Origin: Promethearchaeia archaeon
GTDB taxonomy: Archaea; Asgardarchaeota; Lokiarchaeia; Sigyniarchaeales; SOKP01
Direction of reading: 5' to 3'
Length of the DNA: 64,000 bases
Assembly (NCBI GenBank): GCA_029856145.1
Contig: JAHQWK010000001.1
Coordinates: forward strand, 544,001-608,000
The notes under the pieces were generated by a model, which did not search any database, had not been told where the DNA came from, and saw only the letters and a list, made by a program, of their open reading frames with translations. The translations under genes and the position numbers were made by a program. Every line of letters starts with the position of its first letter. Positions within the stretch are counted from its first letter, which is position 1. This document shows, in pieces, positions 1 to 10,221 of this stretch.

Positions 1-152
1 CATTATTTTTGCTATTAATTACTTCTAAGGTAAAGTATGGATTTTTGAAATTTCTAAATTTTCTTTTTGTTTTCTGAACAATTAAAGATAATGAAATTTA
101 TTTTAACGAATAACGTATTACAATTATATAAGAAATTAATGGATAATCCCAT

Positions 153-998
153 ATGCAAATTTTTGAAGTAGTTGAATTACCAGAATTCCCTTACATGGAA
201 ACAAGAGAAGTAGCTCAAGGACAGATAGTAAGTGATATTTTGAATGAAACAAACAATGAAAGAGTATATTTACTTGTAGATCACGATACTAAGAGGATAT
301 GGGCATATAATGGACCAAAAAGTTCTTTTAAAGTTCAAATTTATGGTGGAATCTTAGCGGGAAAGTTAAGGCAGCAACTGAGGTTATTTTATAGGGTATA
401 TCCCCTCAATATGTATTCACGAGAAGATAAGGAATTTCAAGAAATACTTAAAAAACCGATTGGTGGAGGAAGAGCTAATCCGATCGAAAAAAAAGATTTT
501 CCAGAACCTACTCCTGATAAATATGTAACAGATATTATAATCTCAAACCCGAAAATAAATAAAGCTATAGAATATATCAATGAATTTCCTAATCCAGATA
601 ACCTTTTGAGGAGATTCATGATAATAGGAGGATCAATATTTACTGATGAAGAAGTAACTGAATCTTTTTTAAAAGAAGAAAAAACAAGCTTAAAGATTAT
701 TAAACTAGGAAGATTAAATAATGGATTTACTTATTTTCAAGATCATAATTATTCTACTCGATTAATTATAAAAGAAAGAAATATTCAAGGTATTGAGTTA
801 TTTATTCATAAAGACGATAAATCTCCTACTTTTAAAATTGATATCCCCGTTATTCATGAAGATAAATTTAGTAAACCCGGTTCTATGAAATCATTAATTA
901 AAGCGTTTCAAATCCCAAAGCAAATGAAAATCTCTAAAGAGAACTATAAAGACACTCAAGAGAAGGACAAAGTTAATCAAAATGATTCTATTGATTAA
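153..998 (+). CDS. Protein with N-terminal divergent gelsolin-like domain and uncharacterised C-terminal extension
   Basis: [39 protein letters not shown] follows the gelsolin core pattern (VYLLD...IYVWxGxxSS, then long helix), compared with the clear gelsolin at 45840-46847; stop overlaps the next start by 17 nt. Confidence 0.55.
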   Translation: MQIFEVVELPEFPYMETREVAQGQIVSDILNETNNERVYLLVDHDTKRIWAYNGPKSSFKVQIYGGILAGKLRQQLRLFYRVYPLNMYSREDKEFQEILKKPIGGGRANPIEKKDFPEPTPDKYVTDIIISNPKINKAIEYINEFPNPDNLLRRFMIIGGSIFTDEEVTESFLKEEKTSLKIIKLGRLNNGFTYFQDHNYSTRLIIKERNIQGIELFIHKDDKSPTFKIDIPVIHEDKFSKPGSMKSLIKAFQIPKQMKISKENYKDTQEKDKVNQNDSID

Positions 999-2328
999 TC
1001 CTCGAACTTCAAAACCTTCAGAAGTTCGCACACAATTTTTTAGAGAGCCTAATTTAGGAATACTCTACTTAGCTGCAATTTTAGATTTAAATGATATTCC
1101 AGTCGATATTTTAGATCTTGAGCAATTCATAGATTTAAATGATAATGAGTTGGAAGATGTAATCAAAGAAAGAATAACCAATTATAAGATATTTGGGATT
1201 ACCTCTCTAACAAATACCATATATCTTGCATTAAATATCGCAAGAATTATAAAAACTCAAGATAAAGAGAATATTATTATTTTGGGTGGCCCCCATGTCT
1301 CATTTACATATAGAGATATCCTAGAACATGATAAAAAAACTGAAAATTTGATTGATTATATTTGTACTAGAGAAGCTGAGAATTCTTTTCTACAATTGGT
1401 TAAAATATTAACATCTGAATTGTTAAATAAAAAAAAGGTAAATAATTATGAAGTTCAATTACGGGTCATTAACGGCCTCGCCTTTATTGATTCTAAAGGA
1501 AAGCTCGCTGTCAACCCTACAATAGACCATATTAAATTAGAGAAATTGCCATTACCAGCGCGTTATAAATTATCTCAAGAAAATTATTATTACACTGTAG
1601 CTAATGTTATAGTTAATAGAGGCTGCCCAAATCAATGCTCATTTTGTTCAAGACAAAACCTATTTAAAACTACGAGAATCAGAACTATTGAATCAATTTT
1701 GAAAGAGATTAGAGATATCCTATCTTTGCAGACATATAATCATATTAACTTTTACGATAATATCAATATTAATAAAGAATTCTTCAGAAATTTCTGCAAA
1801 ATGTTTATTGAACATAAATTAACAATTCCTTGGGGTTGTGAAATCCGTGTAGATTCAATCACTTCTGAAGAAGCTCGGTTATTGAAAGAAGCAGGATGTA
1901 GATTAGTAGCAACTGGAATAGAATCTGCAAATGAGACTGTTCTAAAAACAAATTTCAAATATCAAGATCCAGAACGCGTTAGAAATGGTATTATAAGTCT
2001 AAAAAAAAACAATATTGCAGTTCAAGCATATTTTGTATTAGGTTTACCCAGTGAAACTGAAAACAGTTTTTCTGAAACAATAGAATATATAAAATCTTTG
2101 CCATTAGACGAGAATGATGAATTGAATTATTTTGTGGCAACTCCATATCCTGGATCTCGTTTATGGGATGAAAAAGAACATTTTCAAATAACTATATTCG
2201 AAAAAAATTTTACTAAATACGATTGTAATCATATTATATTCGAGACAAAAGAATTAAATAAAGAGAAATTAGAAGTACTATACAATTATGCAAAAGATAT
2301 TGAGAAAGAATACCAGCGGAAAATATAA
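982..2328 (+). CDS. B12-binding domain radical SAM protein
   Basis: N-terminal cobalamin-binding domain ([22 protein letters not shown]); [11 protein letters not shown]xxxCxxC motif; GIES, GLPSET, PYPGS. Confidence 0.92.
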   Translation: MILLINPRTSKPSEVRTQFFREPNLGILYLAAILDLNDIPVDILDLEQFIDLNDNELEDVIKERITNYKIFGITSLTNTIYLALNIARIIKTQDKENIIILGGPHVSFTYRDILEHDKKTENLIDYICTREAENSFLQLVKILTSELLNKKKVNNYEVQLRVINGLAFIDSKGKLAVNPTIDHIKLEKLPLPARYKLSQENYYYTVANVIVNRGCPNQCSFCSRQNLFKTTRIRTIESILKEIRDILSLQTYNHINFYDNININKEFFRNFCKMFIEHKLTIPWGCEIRVDSITSEEARLLKEAGCRLVATGIESANETVLKTNFKYQDPERVRNGIISLKKNNIAVQAYFVLGLPSETENSFSETIEYIKSLPLDENDELNYFVATPYPGSRLWDEKEHFQITIFEKNFTKYDCNHIIFETKELNKEKLEVLYNYAKDIEKEYQRKI

Positions 2329-2354
2329 TTCAAAATAATAACCTAAAACGGTGT

Positions 2355-2687
2355 ATGTCAATCCCAAGCGATTTTACAGAGCAAATTATTCACATTATTA
2401 AATCTATTCCAAAGGGAAGAGTTCTCACATATGGATTTATTGCTAAATTAGCAGGAAATCCAAGAGCCGCTAGACAGGTTTCATGGATTTTACATTCATC
2501 ATCCAAAAAATACAACTTACCATGGCATCGTGTCATTAGTTCAAATGGTAAAATCTCGCTAAAATCATTCGAAGACCGTCAATATCAAAAAAATCTACTA
2601 GAACAAGAAGGAATTAAGGTTCTAGATGGATTTAAAGTGAATCTTGAAAAATACTTATGGAAAATTAATTCTATTGAAAACCTGTAA
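2355..2687 (+). CDS. Alkyltransferase-like (ATL, MGMT family) O6-alkylguanine-binding protein
   Basis: IPKGRVLTYGFIA, RAARQV, PWHRV (Trp replaces the catalytic Cys of PCHRV), QKNLLEQEGI. Confidence 0.9.
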   Translation: MSIPSDFTEQIIHIIKSIPKGRVLTYGFIAKLAGNPRAARQVSWILHSSSKKYNLPWHRVISSNGKISLKSFEDRQYQKNLLEQEGIKVLDGFKVNLEKYLWKINSIENL

Positions 2688-2703
2688 AATAGAATTTTTG
2701 AAA

Positions 2704-3006
2704 TTATAGATTACGTGCTCTATGGGGTAAGCAGCTTGGAAATGTCTGAAAAAATACAGAAAATGCAATAGCTTCTTTACCTTCTTGAAAGAGTTTTCTA
2801 ACACTTTCTAAATTTTCTTTCTGGGTGATTATCTCCCTATTAGGAGAACCCAATTGTTCAAGCATTTTAATTCTTGATTGGAAATGTTCAATTAATCTAT
2901 TTCCATTATTTTTTCTAAAATTTCTAAAATCTTTTCTACAAGCTACTACAATATTACCATAACCCGGCTTTTTAGGGAATTTTCCCTCCGTCATCGTATA
3001 TACCAC
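2704..3006 (-). CDS. Hypothetical protein
   Basis: 100-aa ORF filling the gap between convergent and divergent neighbours; no motif recognised. Confidence 0.45.
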   Translation of the reverse strand: MVYTMTEGKFPKKPGYGNIVVACRKDFRNFRKNNGNRLIEHFQSRIKMLEQLGSPNREIITQKENLESVRKLFQEGKEAIAFSVFFQTFPSCLPHRARNL

Positions 3007-3286
3007 TTATATTTCACCGTTCAATCAATAAATTTCAATTTTTTTTCTTTGATATAAATGTCAATTCAAGTATATATAATTTGCGTATTCTCTGAAAAAA
3101 ACACAATTAAATCGTGATTATCAACGATCTTTACAAATATTTCTTCTTTCTATTTTACATTTCAATCAAGGATAATTTTATTAATAGAAGATTAACTCTA
3201 GGTTATTGGAGATAATATTATCTCAAAAATACACTGTTATAAATAGAAAATATATACTAATTAATCAAAAAGTAAAGAATTTAATT

Positions 3287-4582
3287 ATGGCAAAAACTGA
3301 CTATTTTATCGGAGAAGCCCTAATAGGAGATCCCCCTAATCTAGCTCATGTAGATTTAATAATTGGTTCAAAAGATGGACCTGTAGGAATTTCTTTCGCA
3401 AATGCACTGAGCAATCCTTCAAAGGGACACGGTGGTTTGCTAGCTGCTATACGCCCAAATCTCTTATCTAAACCAGTGAGCCTTATAGTGCCTAAAGTTA
3501 CGATATCGGATATGGCAGATGCCAACAAAATATTTGGTCCAGCTCAGGCAGCGGTAGCAAAAGGTATTGCTGATGGTGTAGAAGAAGGTTTAATCCCAAT
3601 GAATAAATTGGATGATTGGGTAATAATTGTAAGTGTGTTTATACATCCTGAAGCCACAGATTACCGAAAAATCTACCAATTTAACTATGGTGCCACAAAA
3701 CTAGCAATTCAGAGAGCACTTAAAAACTATCCTCCAATAGAAAAGATATTTTATGATAAAGACCGAGCTAAACATCCAGTTGCTGGAATTAGAGTACCCA
3801 GACTTTGGCGTCCACCCTATATACAAGTAGCATTAGATCATCCTGCGTTGGAAAAACAAATAAAAGTAGTTCAACAATTACCAAAGAGTGACCGAATAAT
3901 TTTAGAAGTTGGAACTCCATTTCTTAAGAAATATGGCGTTGAATCAATTAAACAAATTCGAGAAGTTGCTAAAGAAAAATTTATTGTTGCTGATTTAAAG
4001 ACCTTAGATGTTGGAAAATTAGAGGTTGATTTTGCATTTGATGCAACTGCTGATGCGGTAGTAGCAAGTGGATTAGCAGCTAACGCTTCTCTTAACAAGT
4101 TTATTTTAGAAGCACAAAGACTTGGAATTCATGCTTTTGTTGACACAATGGAAGTTCAGAATCCTATTGAGAAGTTAGCTTCTCTAAAACAGACACCTGA
4201 TGTGGTAATTCTTCATAGAGGAATTGATGTTGAACAATCTGCAATAGGAGACAAATCTCCTGATGCCTCTCAAAAAGCCAGATGGGCGTTAGTTCCGAAA
4301 ATTAAAGAATTATATGCGGGTCAAAAGAAAGCTTCAGGTAGAGATAGAGTATTGGTTGCAGTCGCTGGAGGTATTGAGCCAAGTACTGCGGCTTATGCTA
4401 TAGAACAGGGAGCAGATATCCTTATTGTGGGTAGATTTATAGCTAGCGCAAAAGATGTTGAATTTGCTATGAGAAGAATGCTTGGAGTTCTTCCAGGTTA
4501 TCAAGATATTGATCTAAAAAGGATTCATTCTGAAGATGATGATAATACGGTTGAAAAAGCAGGCGGTCCTAAATGGGACTAA
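3287..4582 (+). CDS. fae-hps: Bifunctional formaldehyde-activating enzyme / 3-hexulose-6-phosphate synthase (Fae-Hps)
   Basis: Fae domain (IGEALIG, AHVDLIIG, FGPAQAAVAKG, VSVFIHP, YGATKLAI) then HPS barrel (YIQVALD, ILEVGTP, VADLKTLDVG, LHRGID, VAVAGGI, ILIVGR); ATG at 3287 preferred over TTG at 3206. Confidence 0.93.
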   Translation: MAKTDYFIGEALIGDPPNLAHVDLIIGSKDGPVGISFANALSNPSKGHGGLLAAIRPNLLSKPVSLIVPKVTISDMADANKIFGPAQAAVAKGIADGVEEGLIPMNKLDDWVIIVSVFIHPEATDYRKIYQFNYGATKLAIQRALKNYPPIEKIFYDKDRAKHPVAGIRVPRLWRPPYIQVALDHPALEKQIKVVQQLPKSDRIILEVGTPFLKKYGVESIKQIREVAKEKFIVADLKTLDVGKLEVDFAFDATADAVVASGLAANASLNKFILEAQRLGIHAFVDTMEVQNPIEKLASLKQTPDVVILHRGIDVEQSAIGDKSPDASQKARWALVPKIKELYAGQKKASGRDRVLVAVAGGIEPSTAAYAIEQGADILIVGRFIASAKDVEFAMRRMLGVLPGYQDIDLKRIHSEDDDNTVEKAGGPKWD

Positions 4583-4660
4583 TCTAATTTTTTTTAGATC
4601 TCCATTTTATCAAAAATAATTAATAAATATTAAAAAAAAAAAATAGGAAAAAAAAGGTAA

Positions 4661-5458
4661 TTATTTAATTTTTTTAGCTTCTTCTATCCATTCTTCAATT
4701 TCTTCTAATCTAGGAGGTTTCCTAAACACATCTGGTTTCTTTTTATCTAATTCCATTATTCGATCTAGAGTATTTTTAGGATTTCGTTGCGCAAATTCTT
4801 TTACGCTATCAATTCCAATCTGATTAAGAACATCTGCATATTCCGGACCTACCCCTCCTATTCTCATTAAATCCGCATGTTCTGCCCACTTATCTATCAA
4901 CTTCTCTGAAATCTTAGTCGTTGCTGATAAACTTTTAATTTTAACTGAATCTATTGATATTAAATTCTCAACCTTGGAATATCCTGCTTTTTCTAATGAT
5001 TTAGAAAATTTATCACCAATTCCTTCAATTTCCACGATACGAGTTAATTTAGGACTTGTTTTAGCTTTCTTCTCTGTATACATTTCTTTTGCTTGACTAA
5101 CCCAACCATTAATATCTTCTACTCTAGGGATTTTTCTAACTACATCAGGCTGTTCTTTATCAAATTTAACAATTCTATCTAAAGTATTTTGTGGATTTCT
5201 ATACGAAAGTTCTTTTATGGAATCAATTCCAACTCTATTTAATACTTCGGAATATTCAGGACCAACACCCTTGAGCTCCATTATTTCTGCTTGATCTTGC
5301 CATTTTTCAAGCAATTTTACTGAGATCTTTGTTTTTCCTGCTAACTCTTTTATTTCTCGCCATGTTAGGGGTATTAAATTTTCTACTTCCGCAATCCCCT
5401 CCTTCTCTAAGATTTTAGCATATTTTTCCCCAATTCCTTCAATTTCAATAATTTTCAT
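4661..5458 (-). CDS. DUF4332-like helix-hairpin-helix protein, internally duplicated
   Basis: Two repeats of IxEIEGIGxK...W...A(D/E)xMxxxGVGPEY...L...GIDSxKE...RNPxNTLDRI. Confidence 0.85.
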   Translation of the reverse strand: MKIIEIEGIGEKYAKILEKEGIAEVENLIPLTWREIKELAGKTKISVKLLEKWQDQAEIMELKGVGPEYSEVLNRVGIDSIKELSYRNPQNTLDRIVKFDKEQPDVVRKIPRVEDINGWVSQAKEMYTEKKAKTSPKLTRIVEIEGIGDKFSKSLEKAGYSKVENLISIDSVKIKSLSATTKISEKLIDKWAEHADLMRIGGVGPEYADVLNQIGIDSVKEFAQRNPKNTLDRIMELDKKKPDVFRKPPRLEEIEEWIEEAKKIK

Positions 5459-5630
5459 TTTATCTTCCTCTAATTATTTTAATATTAGAATTATAGTAAG
5501 TATATAAAAATATTATATGTTCTTTTTTAATCTTTTACTCAATTAAAAATAAATTTACATTTTGTATCTTTATTAAAATTGATTGAGATTTAGATAATCT
5601 GAGAAATGATTATTTCATTATTTTTCATTT

Positions 5631-6881
5631 CTATTGCAGTTGTAATTTGAAAATTTTATCATTTTTTTTAACTGGGTTATCAACAATGATCCCAACAGCT
5701 ATTCGCTCTTTTTTAGATGAAACAAATGGAGTTTCGGTTAGATTTTTCTTTTGCTTAATCTGAATAGAGCTAATTTCTTGTCTTAAATATGTATCTGTAT
5801 GCGTACCAATAATAAAAATCTCATCGTTTAACATTAATTTCCCTGACGTTAAAAGAATTTTAGCTGCTTTTTTTTCTGGGAAGTAATTTAAGACTTTACC
5901 AATCTCAATTTTTTTGTACTTTGAGATGTTTCCATCAAATTCTCTTTGTATTTCACTCCCTTTTGGTAATCCAAGATAAAATCCTGTAGAAAAACCTCGA
6001 TTATATACTTTATTTAAACGTTTGAGCCAATTTTTAACCTTTTCTTGTGAAAAAGTATTATCATAAAAAGATTCAATAGCTTCTCGATAACATGAGGTTG
6101 TTTCTTCAATATATATTGGATCTCTCATTCGACCTTCAATTTTAAAAGCGTCTATATCAGCTTCAATTAATTTTGGAATATGCTCTATCATGCAGAGATC
6201 CTTTGTGTTAATAAAAAAAACTCCGTCATAAAGAAATTCATTGTTTTGGTCGTCATAAACGCGCCATTTTCTTCTACATGGTTGAATGCACTTCCCTCTA
6301 TTTGCTGAATAATCTTGAGATTGACAAGTTTCAGCAGAAAAATAACATCGACCTGAGATTGAAGTACACTGAGCCCCATGAACGAAAGTTTCGATTTCAG
6401 TTTTATTTAATATATGTTTAATTTCTTTTATTTGGTCTAATAATAATTCCCGTGCTAGTATTAATCTTTGGGCTCCTAATGTTTCATAAAATATTGCCGT
6501 TCGAGAATTAGAAATATTAGCTTGAGTAGAGATATGAAAATCTAAACCTTTTTCTTTCGCTAACTGGATAGCACCAATATCGTGAATGATTACAGCGTCA
6601 ATTTCAGCTTCTACAGCTTTATCTAATATCTGATCTAAAAGAGGGAATTCATTTTCATAAATTACTACATTTGTAGTGAGATACGCATGAGTATTATTAT
6701 CATGACAAGTTTTTACAATATTGTTTAAATCTTGTAGTTTAAAATTGTCACTGTACATTCTCATATTAAACGATTCAACTCCAAAATACACAGCATCAGC
6801 TTTACCTAACACTGCGCTTAAAGATTTATAATTTTTTAAAGGAGCCATTAATTCGACTCTTTTTCCATTTGTATTTTTCAT
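5631..6881 (-). CDS. Peptidase U32 family Fe-S protein (TrhP/RlhA-like, probable RNA hydroxylase)
   Basis: ELMAP, ADAVYFG, HISTQAN, ILAREL, ETFVHGAQCTSISGRC, NRGKCIQPCR, FKIEGRMR. Confidence 0.9.
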   Translation of the reverse strand: MKNTNGKRVELMAPLKNYKSLSAVLGKADAVYFGVESFNMRMYSDNFKLQDLNNIVKTCHDNNTHAYLTTNVVIYENEFPLLDQILDKAVEAEIDAVIIHDIGAIQLAKEKGLDFHISTQANISNSRTAIFYETLGAQRLILARELLLDQIKEIKHILNKTEIETFVHGAQCTSISGRCYFSAETCQSQDYSANRGKCIQPCRRKWRVYDDQNNEFLYDGVFFINTKDLCMIEHIPKLIEADIDAFKIEGRMRDPIYIEETTSCYREAIESFYDNTFSQEKVKNWLKRLNKVYNRGFSTGFYLGLPKGSEIQREFDGNISKYKKIEIGKVLNYFPEKKAAKILLTSGKLMLNDEIFIIGTHTDTYLRQEISSIQIKQKKNLTETPFVSSKKERIAVGIIVDNPVKKNDKIFKLQLQ

Positions 6882-7030
6882 CCTTTTTAGTTCATAACTC
6901 CAACTTTTTGGTTAATTTAATTATATTCAATTTAAGAATTTCTAAATCGATATATACTCCAATATTACATTTAATTATTTACAATATCAATTTTATTTTT
7001 ATCTAAATAATAATAAACTAATTTCAAATT

Positions 7031-7489
7031 GTGTCTGTAGAAAGTAAGAAATATAGTGATTTAAAACTTAACTTTGCTAAATTTTTACCCAAAGTTCATA
7101 CTAAAAACGGTACTTATATTTTTCATCCTGGATTTATTTATCAATCTCTATTAAAGGAAACTAATATTTCTAAATTTAATGCGAAAAAAATAACAGAACA
7201 AGTACTACGATTTTTAGTTTCCGTAAACTTGAAACTGATAACTGCCCCACTTATCAGAGAAGTGGTAAATGTTCATTTACTCAAGAACGGGTTTGAGAAT
7301 GAGCGATTGCAGTATACACGAATAGGATTACCTGTTTATGATCTAAACCAAATTTTTAATGAGCGGATTGAATCTAAAGAAGTAGTCTCGGAGATTATGA
7401 ATTGGATAATCACAGAATTTCATGAAGTAAATAAATTGATTAACAAGGATGAAAAAATCTCTACTGTTAGAAAAATATATAAAAAATAG
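7031..7489 (+). CDS. Stand-alone ATP-cone domain protein (similar to the N-terminus of archaeal NrdD)
   Basis: SLLKETNIS...AKKITEQV...ITAPLIREVVNVHLL..GFE..RLQYTRIGLPVYDL. Confidence 0.72.
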   Translation: MSVESKKYSDLKLNFAKFLPKVHTKNGTYIFHPGFIYQSLLKETNISKFNAKKITEQVLRFLVSVNLKLITAPLIREVVNVHLLKNGFENERLQYTRIGLPVYDLNQIFNERIESKEVVSEIMNWIITEFHEVNKLINKDEKISTVRKIYKK

Positions 7490-7634
7490 AAGAAAAATTA
7501 ATTATAATATTTAATATTTAAGCCACTGGTGGCTTATAGTCAGAATCCTCCGGATGATAATTTCAAAAACTTAAGGTAAAGTAAATAAAAAATCCAACAC
7601 CAGTGTATAAAACTATATATATTTTAAATCCTTA

Positions 7635-7859
7635 GTGCATTTTATGCCAAAATGCCCTTTTTGTGAGACCGATATTTTTTTAGAGGATTTTTTTCATACA
7701 ATCGTTAAAGAAACTAAAAAAGGAAAAATAAAAAAGAAAGTAGGAGAATTTAAAGGAGAAAGCATGCCTATAGGATTTAAAAATTATGTAAAAATGTGGA
7801 CATGTCCATCGTGCGATAAGATTCTAGGTTTTTCAGAATATATGTGGGATTCTGCTTAA
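7635..7859 (+). CDS. Small Zn-ribbon protein
   Basis: CPFC...WTCPSCDKILG; likely start at ATG 7644. Confidence 0.75.
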   Translation: MHFMPKCPFCETDIFLEDFFHTIVKETKKGKIKKKVGEFKGESMPIGFKNYVKMWTCPSCDKILGFSEYMWDSA

Positions 7860-7879
7860 TAAATATAGTAAAATTTGAT

Positions 7880-8401
7880 TCATAAAATTATTCCGCAATG
7901 TGGACAAATTGATGCATCTGGATCGATCGGATTTCCACATTCCTGACATATTTTATTCTGAGATTTAACCGGTAAATTCATTGATCTGATATCATCTTCC
8001 TTGCTGACAATTGATTTCACTAATTCCGTAGGAGATTGAGTAAAATGTGAATAAATCACACCTATTATTACAATTATAAGCATAACTGATAAAATTATTA
8101 TCGGAATGACCATTGTGATATGAAAAAATGGGAAAGTAGCAACGATTATAATCGTAATTACTAAAAAAATAGCAATTGGAAGGATACATATTAAAGATCC
8201 TAATAAAGAAGGTTTGGAATTTGGAGTTCCAAGATTGTGATAACAGGCTCTGCAATACATATGACTAGTAGAATATTTATCTCTACCTCTACCATGAGTT
8301 ATATTAAAATTTTTCTTGCATCTTAAGCAAATTGGCTTATGACATTTTTCACATTTTATAGTAGCATCTACTTCTGGATGATTATAGCATTTTAAACTCA
8401 T
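7880..8401 (-). CDS. B-box-type Zn finger / 2-TM / C-terminal Zn-ribbon membrane protein
   Basis: CYNHPEVDATIKCEKCHKPICLRC...CRAC; two hydrophobic helices; CQECG...ICPHCG. Confidence 0.8.
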   Translation of the reverse strand: MSLKCYNHPEVDATIKCEKCHKPICLRCKKNFNITHGRGRDKYSTSHMYCRACYHNLGTPNSKPSLLGSLICILPIAIFLVITIIIVATFPFFHITMVIPIIILSVMLIIVIIGVIYSHFTQSPTELVKSIVSKEDDIRSMNLPVKSQNKICQECGNPIDPDASICPHCGIIL

Positions 8402-8687
8402 CGATATGTATTCTTTAATTAAAAAAATATATAAATCTTTTTACTAGATTTTGACCAGAATTTGAAAAACCTTGTAAACTTATTCATTTAAAATGAATAA
8501 TTCATCTTAATGATTTAACAAAGACTTTCTTATCTATCCGACTATATAAACCTATTACTTTCAACCTAATTTCCTTTAAGCTTTTAAAGTTAATCTATAA
8601 AAGGCATAAAGAAAAAATATATATAAAAATAAGGGATTAGAAGTAGGACCTTATTACTTCACTCCTGAGTATTTTGTTTTTAGAGCA

Positions 8688-9431
8688 GTGTTTTTCTTAG
8701 CCGCTGAGGCTAATAATGGGGATACTATAGGTCTTGGTGAATTAGGTTCTGCTATAGGGATAAGTAAAATACAAGCCCATCTTTATCAGGGGTATGGTTT
8801 TGGTGAAGATCACTTTGGGAAAATTTCGAATTATGTCAAGACACTATTAAGAAACATGCCACCAAATTCCGATACAGAGATTATCATAATAGCAAGAAAA
8901 GTTATAGGTGAATACGAGAGTACATATGAATCTAGACAAAGAGAATTAAATGATATAAAGGGAGATAAGTCATTCTTTCAAGGGAATGTTCGTAAATACA
9001 TTGAAAATCTTTTTGGTGTGGAGTTCTTTTCAGAAAAGCAAGTTAAAATGGCTGTGAGTGTCAGGGAGGTGACTATTATAAATGATGATGGTAATCGGGA
9101 GACAATTAAGGTCCATGGCGGGGTTAAATTTGACGGTTATTTAGAGTTGACTCGACCTCTTAAGGATTATCTAGGTATAGATGACAAGTGGCTTGGTATT
9201 GCTTTTGAGGCTATGGGGACGTATTGGCATAGCTTACCTGCGCAGAAAGAAGCCGATCGAAAGAAGCGCTTAATTTGTAAGGAGAAGAATGTGATTTTGC
9301 TAGAAATTTGGGAGAGTTGGGATGAATCCACATATTTAACTGAGATTCTTAAGCAAATCAAAGATCAGACGGGGCTAGTGATTAAGCAAGAAAAATTAAA
9401 TGAGCTAAGTAAATATATTGGCGATAGGTAG
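8688..9431 (+). CDS. PD-(D/E)xK-fold (Vsr/DUF559-like) nuclease domain protein, probably N-terminally truncated
   Basis: KFDGY...IAFEAMGTYWH...DRKKRLICKEKNVILLEIW; the frame is open from 8610 with no ATG upstream of the GTG at 8688. Confidence 0.65.
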   Translation: MFFLAAEANNGDTIGLGELGSAIGISKIQAHLYQGYGFGEDHFGKISNYVKTLLRNMPPNSDTEIIIIARKVIGEYESTYESRQRELNDIKGDKSFFQGNVRKYIENLFGVEFFSEKQVKMAVSVREVTIINDDGNRETIKVHGGVKFDGYLELTRPLKDYLGIDDKWLGIAFEAMGTYWHSLPAQKEADRKKRLICKEKNVILLEIWESWDESTYLTEILKQIKDQTGLVIKQEKLNELSKYIGDR

Positions 9432-9498
9432 CATTAATTTTAAATAATAATTTCACTATTTTTTTTATGAAGCTTAAGTTTGGTTTTTATTTCTGGTC

Positions 9499-10110
9499 AT
9501 GACAGATTATATTTGCAGGCAAGATTTTAAGGATTGTCCATATAGAGTATATGACTTGGAAAAAAAGGATTCTTTCTGCAATTATTTTCACTTGCACGCT
9601 CAGTTTATCATCAGTCGTGAGTTCTCAAAGATACCCTCTTTAATACAGAGGGCTTGTGAGTGGGTGCAGAAGGATGAAGCTAGGTTGAAATTTATAAGGG
9701 AGATCACAAAGAGGAGAGGACTAGATCTATTAAAAAACGCTCAGATAGGTGATATAGTTTTTTGCTATGTAGGGACTTATCATGAGGTTAAGTTGATTGA
9801 GAAACCATTAGATGGTTCAATATTCGTAACGTGCGAGACACCAAGCGGGAAAGTTATTCGAGTACAACCCCGCGACCTTGGTAGAATTTCGAAAGGGTTC
9901 TATTTCAGTGAATATTATATCGAGGGAATAAGAAACAAGAAGCAAGCACAAGAGATCGAATATAAAGCGAAATATAATGGCTTTAGAGCTGAAATTGAGA
10001 GAAAAGATAATGGGTATGTTTTGAAAATTTATGGAGATTCCCAACAAGAAGTTGACGACTTTATAAATCTCTCTTTAGAGCAAGATTTTGATATTTCTCC
10101 TTACATATGA
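9499..10110 (+). CDS. Hypothetical protein (Cys/His N-terminus, KOW/SH3-like middle, conserved C-terminal domain)
   Basis: 203-aa ORF; AQIGDIVFCY...VTCETPSGKVIRV; C-terminus paralogous to the remnant at 59951-60145. Confidence 0.75.
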   Translation: MTDYICRQDFKDCPYRVYDLEKKDSFCNYFHLHAQFIISREFSKIPSLIQRACEWVQKDEARLKFIREITKRRGLDLLKNAQIGDIVFCYVGTYHEVKLIEKPLDGSIFVTCETPSGKVIRVQPRDLGRISKGFYFSEYYIEGIRNKKQAQEIEYKAKYNGFRAEIERKDNGYVLKIYGDSQQEVDDFINLSLEQDFDISPYI

Positions 10111-10221
10111 GATCCTGAGAAATTTTGTTAAGAAAAAAAAATTTAAAAAAATTAACCTAATTACTTATTTTAAGTTCTTCTTTGACCCATCTCGGTATTT
10201 GGTTACTATCCTCTGCTAGAA

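Noticed and set aside
2355-2687. Active O6-methylguanine methyltransferase (ogt)
   Set aside because: PWHRV lacks the acceptor Cys, so it is a non-catalytic ATL
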